Notes under the pieces: model-generated
The model's database searches: none
Told to the model about the DNA's origin: nothing
What the model saw: the letters and a program-made list of their open reading frames with translations, nothing else
Source of the DNA: Longimicrobiales bacterium
GTDB taxonomy: Bacteria > Gemmatimonadota > Gemmatimonadetes > Longimicrobiales > RSA9
Length of the DNA stretch: 64,000 nt
Direction: 5' to 3'
Assembly (NCBI GenBank): GCA_035512635.1
Contig: DATKDR010000034.1
Span: 2,471 to 66,470, forward strand
Position numbers and translations under genes: made by a program
Shown: positions 60,112-64,000 of the stretch, piece by piece
Numbering within the stretch: the stretch's first letter is position 1
How the letters are laid out: each line of letters opens with the position of its first letter

Positions 60112-60793
60112 GCCGTGCGGCCGCGCCGACCAGCAGGAAGGCGAGCGGCGCGCCGATCAGCGAGCGGAGCGTGAGCGGGCCGAGCGAGCTCCAATAGCCC
60201 GGCTCCAGGTGTGTGATACCGAGCACATCGAGCGGCGCGAGCGTGCCGCCCACCATGTAGATCGTGATCACGGTCACGAAGTACGCGAGTAGCACGACGG
60301 CTGCCGGCAACGAGGTGTCCGCCCAGGTCTCGACCAGCATCACCAGCGGGGCGAACATCCACGCGGCGAGCGTGAACGCGAGCGCGAGCCAGGCCGCATC
60401 GGCGAATCCGCCCCCGGAGAAGGCCGCCTCCAGCACGACCGCCACCGCGCCGTAAGCCACCAGCAGAATCGCCATCGCACATACCTTCGCGGACAGGTAC
60501 GTCGCCGGCCGCACGTGGTTCACGATCAGGTATTCGTCGAAGCGCAGCCGTCGATCGGCGGCGAGGCCATAGCGCATGAACGCGATGGCACCGAGGAGGT
60601 AGGCATGGCCGAAAAATCCCTCGCCCGCGCTCCGGCCGCGCCACTCGTCGACGTGGCTGAGCGCCAGCGTCCCGGCGAGCAGCAGCAGCGCGAGCAGCGA
60701 GCTCGGCCGTTGTGCACCACGGCGCAGCTCGAAGAGCGCGAGCGGTCCGATCGCCTCGCCGCGACCACCGCGGGCTGCGTAGCCGCGGCTCAC
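60092..60793 (-). CDS. Hypothetical polytopic membrane protein, probable permease partner of the adjacent ABC ATPase
   Basis: 233 aa and about 6 hydrophobic segments. The start overlaps the ATPase stop. Its 3' end overlaps the convergent leuS by 20 nt. Confidence 0.6.
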   Translation of the reverse strand: MSRGYAARGGRGEAIGPLALFELRRGAQRPSSLLALLLLAGTLALSHVDEWRGRSAGEGFFGHAYLLGAIAFMRYGLAADRRLRFDEYLIVNHVRPATYLSAKVCAMAILLVAYGAVAVVLEAAFSGGGFADAAWLALAFTLAAWMFAPLVMLVETWADTSLPAAVVLLAYFVTVITIYMVGGTLAPLDVLGITHLEPGYWSSLGPLTLRSLIGAPLAFLLVGAAARLSLPRC

Positions 60794-61458
60794 GTCAGGA
60801 TTCCGGTTCCGGTCAACCGCAGCACGGGGCCGTCTGCGCGGTCCGGCACCTCCTGATTCGTCGCCACCACGACGGCGGACCGGCGCGCGAGCCGCGTGAG
60901 CGCGTCGGTCAGCTCGAGCCGCGCGTCGCCCGAAAGGTGCTCGTACGGCTCGTCGAGGAGGAGAAAATCGCGGGCGCGGGCGAGGATCTGGCCGAGGAGC
61001 AGCCTCTTCTCTTCACCGGTGGAGAGGTCCGCGCAGCGCTTTCGTCCGAGCGCGCGATCCGGTGCGAGAGGCTTGTCGTGGGGAACGAGCCGATCGCCCA
61101 GGCGCGTGAACGAACGCGCCACGACCTCCCCCGGCAGGGACATGCTGGGATGGTAGTAGCCGACACGACACGCCCCGCGCCGGCTGGCTTCTGCCGGTGA
61201 GTCGGAGTCGGCATGCCCGCCGAGGTGCGTCACACGACCCGCCGCCGCCGGCTCGAGTCGCGCGAGCACGCGCATGAGCGAAGACTTGCCCGCCCCGTTC
61301 GGGCCGACGAGCCAGGCCACGTGCCCGGCTTCGTGCGTCCAGGTGAAGCCGGACACGATCACGGTCGCCCCGCGCCGGATCTCGAGCGATTCGGCGATCA
61401 GCGTGGGTCGCCGCTCGTTGCCGTCCGAGGCGGCTCGCGAATCCGGTCCATCGCTCAC
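60790..61458 (-). CDS. ABC transporter ATP-binding protein
   Basis: I trimmed to GTG 61458, which overlaps the upstream stop (GTGA). Walker A (GPNGAGKSSL), divergent signature (LSTGEEKR), Walker B (FLLLDEP). Confidence 0.85.
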   Translation of the reverse strand: MSDGPDSRAASDGNERRPTLIAESLEIRRGATVIVSGFTWTHEAGHVAWLVGPNGAGKSSLMRVLARLEPAAAGRVTHLGGHADSDSPAEASRRGACRVGYYHPSMSLPGEVVARSFTRLGDRLVPHDKPLAPDRALGRKRCADLSTGEEKRLLLGQILARARDFLLLDEPYEHLSGDARLELTDALTRLARRSAVVVATNQEVPDRADGPVLRLTGTGILT

Positions 61459-62459
61459 GGCGCCTCGCAGCGGAACCAGTCGTTCTCGTAATCGACCACG
61501 ATGGCCGTGGCAGGATCCGCGGGAAGGTAGCCGAGCGCGACCGCGTTCACGTCCAGCAGGCGCGAGCCGACGTAGCGCAGGTCTCGATCCGCCCGGACCA
61601 GCGCCTTCTCCGAGCGACCCTCCCTCTGTCGTCCGCTGCGCGTGAGATAGAGCAGATCGCGCGTTCTCGGGTCCGACGCAGAGGCGATCACGGGTGCGGC
61701 GATACGCGCAATTTCCTCCTCCCGGAAGGGAATCGGTGGAAGGTAGCCGACGCCGTCGCGCACCGCCGCCGGGAGCGGGACGGTCAATCGCGAAACCACG
61801 TTCGCGGCGTCCACGCGCCAGGCGCGCGGGCGGACGAAGCGATGCGCCAGCAAAGCGGATCCGTCCGGGTATCCGTGCAGCATCACATCGTTCAGAAAAA
61901 GTCGCGCGAGACCGTCCGGATGCGAGGCCAGTGGAACGCCCAGCGGCTCGGCGATCGGCCCTCGCATCGCGTACAGCAGGCCCGGAAGGCGCGTATCCAT
62001 CCCCGCGGCAGCGATCAGCAGACGGCCTCCCGCGAACGCGAGCCGTTGCGGAGGAAAACCCAGCTCCAGCGTCCACAGGTCCCGCCACTCCAGGTCGAAA
62101 CCCCGCAGTCTCTGCCGGCCGCCGTCCGCCACCACCAGCAGCGTGTCGCTCGAGAACGCCGCGTCCGTCAGCATCGCCACGCCGAGCGGTCCGTCCCGGC
62201 TCAACTGGACGCCGCCGATGCGCCGACCGCCGCGATCCAGTATCACCAGCTCCCGGCCGGCACCGTCCACCAGCAGAAACGTGGAATCCGTCATCGGCTG
62301 GAGCCGGGTCACCTCCACCGGTGCGGGATCCGGTCCGGGCAGCGGCTCGCACTCGACCGCCCTGGAGCGGGAAGCGAAATCCGGAATCAGCACCACCGGC
62401 TCCTCCTCATCGCAACCCGCGACGAGGAGAAAGCCGATGGTCAGGGAGAGAAGTCTCAT
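61455..62459 (-). CDS. Hypothetical lipoprotein, possibly beta-propeller-like
   Basis: Lipobox (LLVAGC). Recurrent about 45-aa segments with hydrophobic strand-Asp-Gly-Gly patterns (FLLVDGAGRELVILDRGG, LLVVADGGRQRLRGFD, GRLLIAAAG). The fold assignment is a guess. Confidence 0.55.
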   Translation of the reverse strand: MRLLSLTIGFLLVAGCDEEEPVVLIPDFASRSRAVECEPLPGPDPAPVEVTRLQPMTDSTFLLVDGAGRELVILDRGGRRIGGVQLSRDGPLGVAMLTDAAFSSDTLLVVADGGRQRLRGFDLEWRDLWTLELGFPPQRLAFAGGRLLIAAAGMDTRLPGLLYAMRGPIAEPLGVPLASHPDGLARLFLNDVMLHGYPDGSALLAHRFVRPRAWRVDAANVVSRLTVPLPAAVRDGVGYLPPIPFREEEIARIAAPVIASASDPRTRDLLYLTRSGRQREGRSEKALVRADRDLRYVGSRLLDVNAVALGYLPADPATAIVVDYENDWFRCEAP

Positions 62460-62546
62460 CGAGGTTTCATTTCTTCGTCAGGGCACGGCACCCCACGCCA
62501 CGCCTGACGTCGGACGGTGAATCCGCCCTGGTCCTCCACACTGGCC

Positions 62547-62762
62547 TCAGCCTCCCGCTGCCTTTCGCGCCATGCAGCCGTAGAACCCCACGCCGCACTC
62601 GAACTCGCGTACGGTCCTCCAGAACCGGCTCGAATCCTGCGCCTCGTTCAGGCACAGCAGATAACCGTCCGTACAGCTCACCGCTGCTTGCGCGCCATCC
62701 ACCGGCGCGAAAGCGAGCGACACGGCGGCGAAGAGCGCCGCCACCAGATTTCGCGTCTTCAT
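62547..62762 (-). CDS. Small secreted cysteine-rich peptide (71-aa precursor, about 45-aa mature, two CX6C pairs)
   Basis: AGGAGGAG SD 7 nt upstream of ATG 62762. Signal peptide MKTRNLVAALFAAVSLAFAPVDGAQA, then AVSCTDGYLLCLNEAQDSSRFWRTVREFECGVGFYGCMARKAAGG. Confidence 0.6.
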   Translation of the reverse strand: MKTRNLVAALFAAVSLAFAPVDGAQAAVSCTDGYLLCLNEAQDSSRFWRTVREFECGVGFYGCMARKAAGG

Positions 62763-63006
62763 CGTTTCTCTCCTCCTGGATGCCGATGACGGCCGCTCTC
62801 CCCGATCGCTTTCTCATCGGCGCTTCCGCATGCAATGCATCGGTCCCTCCTCGCCCGAGACATGGATTTCGACCAGTTTCCGTCGCGTGACCGCGCGCAT
62901 CGCCGCGTCAGCCGGTCTCGGTCGTCCATGCCCGCGAGGTCCGGCGATGCGCGACCAACCTGCGCCCGGCGAGCGGGCGCATCCATGGCTGAACGGGACT
63001 GACTCC

Positions 63007-63702
63007 ATGCCTCGTCCGACGCTCGCGATCCTGTCTGTGGCGCTGCTCGCGGCCGCTCTCACCGCGAACGGGACCCGCGCCGCCGCGCAGGCCTTGCACA
63101 TCGTGCATCTGCCTGCCAGCAGCAGAGTTGACGAAATCGCTCTCCAGTCCGCGCGGCTCCGTTTCGAGCCCTGGGGCGGAGTCCTCTTCGATGCGTATCG
63201 GAACGAGGGAGGCAACGGTCGACCCGCGTGGATCGGAGCCGTGCGGCTGGGTTACGAGCTCGGCTCGGGACTGGCGTCGGCGGGTCGAGGCTGGCGCGTG
63301 GTGGGCGAGGTGGCGAGAGCGGAGGCGGCGGAGGCGGGCACGGCGATCGTGCAGGACTCGCTGCTGGTGGGCTTCCGAACGGAATGGTGGCTGGCGACGG
63401 GGGGTGCGGAGTGGGACGTCGTCGGCGGCTGGACGGGGCTCACCCTGGAGGCGCGGGCAGGGGCGGTGTGGCTGCAGCGGGAGATCGTGGCGGGGGACCC
63501 GATCCCGCCGAACACGCCCGGGACGAGCGAGCGTGCCGGCTACGATCCGTTTCCGGCTTTCGTGGTCGGCCTGTCAGGCTACCGCCACCTGACGCACCGG
63601 GTGCAGCTTCGTCTGCGCGTGGCCGACATCGTGACGGACGCCTTCGACCAGGCGGAGCATTCCCCCGCGATCGGCCTGGGGTTCCGCTTCGTGTTCGAGT
63701 GA
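63007..63702 (+). CDS. Hypothetical secreted protein, small outer-membrane beta-barrel-like
   Basis: I trimmed to ATG 63007 (MPRPTLAILSVALLAAALTANGTRAAAQA). Alternating amphipathic strands and a C-terminus ...GLGFRFVFE resembling an OMP beta-signal. Confidence 0.5.
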   Translation: MPRPTLAILSVALLAAALTANGTRAAAQALHIVHLPASSRVDEIALQSARLRFEPWGGVLFDAYRNEGGNGRPAWIGAVRLGYELGSGLASAGRGWRVVGEVARAEAAEAGTAIVQDSLLVGFRTEWWLATGGAEWDVVGGWTGLTLEARAGAVWLQREIVAGDPIPPNTPGTSERAGYDPFPAFVVGLSGYRHLTHRVQLRLRVADIVTDAFDQAEHSPAIGLGFRFVFE

Positions 63703-63737
63703 CGCGCTGACGTTCGGCAACGAGCCGCCAGCCGTCG

Positions 63738-64000
63738 CTACAGCGGCAGCCAGTACGTCGCCTTGACCGCGAGGAAGTTGTCGCCGGCGGCTGAAAAGGC
63801 GTCGCCGAGATCACCCGGCCGCACGGATCGGTTCGGGAGCCCACCGCCCGAGCGGTCCTGCTGCCAGACGAGGAAGAGCGTGCTGCCGGGCCGCCACTCC
63901 CAGCGCAGGACGACGTTGCTGCGGAACGACATCGCCCGGAAATCCGGATTGCCGATGGTGAAGCTCTCGGCGCCGTCGGTCACGACGTAATGATCTTCGG
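63738..64000 (-). CDS. C-terminal end of a larger protein running off the right edge (DUF5916-like C-terminus, unverified)
   Basis: Frame open to the window edge. It ends ...RWEWRPGSTLFLVWQQDRS...NFLAVKATYWLPL, a beta-barrel-like terminal strand. Confidence 0.45.
   Translation of the reverse strand, partial: EDHYVVTDGAESFTIGNPDFRAMSFRSNVVLRWEWRPGSTLFLVWQQDRSGGGLPNRSVRPGDLGDAFSAAGDNFLAVKATYWLPL

Overview
A 64 kb, very GC-rich (about 68-70 % by eye) chromosomal segment from a diderm bacterium. It carries waaA and OM-barrel-like proteins. The protein style would fit a Gemmatimonadota-like lineage, but that is unverified. I call about 55 protein genes, identified only by motif recognition in the supplied translations, with no database search. 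Most are housekeeping: typA, dnaE, accA, metG, gyrA, uvrA, leuS, waaA, mscL, a FadJ-like enzyme, an M16 peptidase pair, amidohydrolases, a DEAD-box helicase, an MCP, an ABC exporter, a response regulator plus EAL protein, and an NhaP-cNMP antiporter. I found no rRNA, tRNA, CRISPR, transposase, integrase or phage genes. Many long ORFs in the track are antisense or out-of-frame artefacts of high GC, and I trimmed several N-terminal extensions. Four things deserve a second look. (1) At least seven loci are built from two opposed arrays of a 5-7 nt tandem unit: (GGTGA)n/(TCACC)n at 8.5 and 47.5 kb, GCGCTAG/CYAGAGC at 38.9 and 57.3 kb, and others at 21.8, 24.7 and, in frame inside an ABC exporter gene, 44.5 kb. 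(2) A translationally coupled waaA - JAMM peptidase - [MoaD/ThiS-like GG domain fused to MoeB/ThiF E1 and rhodanese] operon. (3) A small secreted 4-Cys peptide gene heading a lipoprotein + ABC ATPase + permease cluster. (4) A PLP threonine dehydratase-like enzyme with a roughly 150-aa histone-H1-like (AKKA)n tail. All functional interpretations of these are inference.
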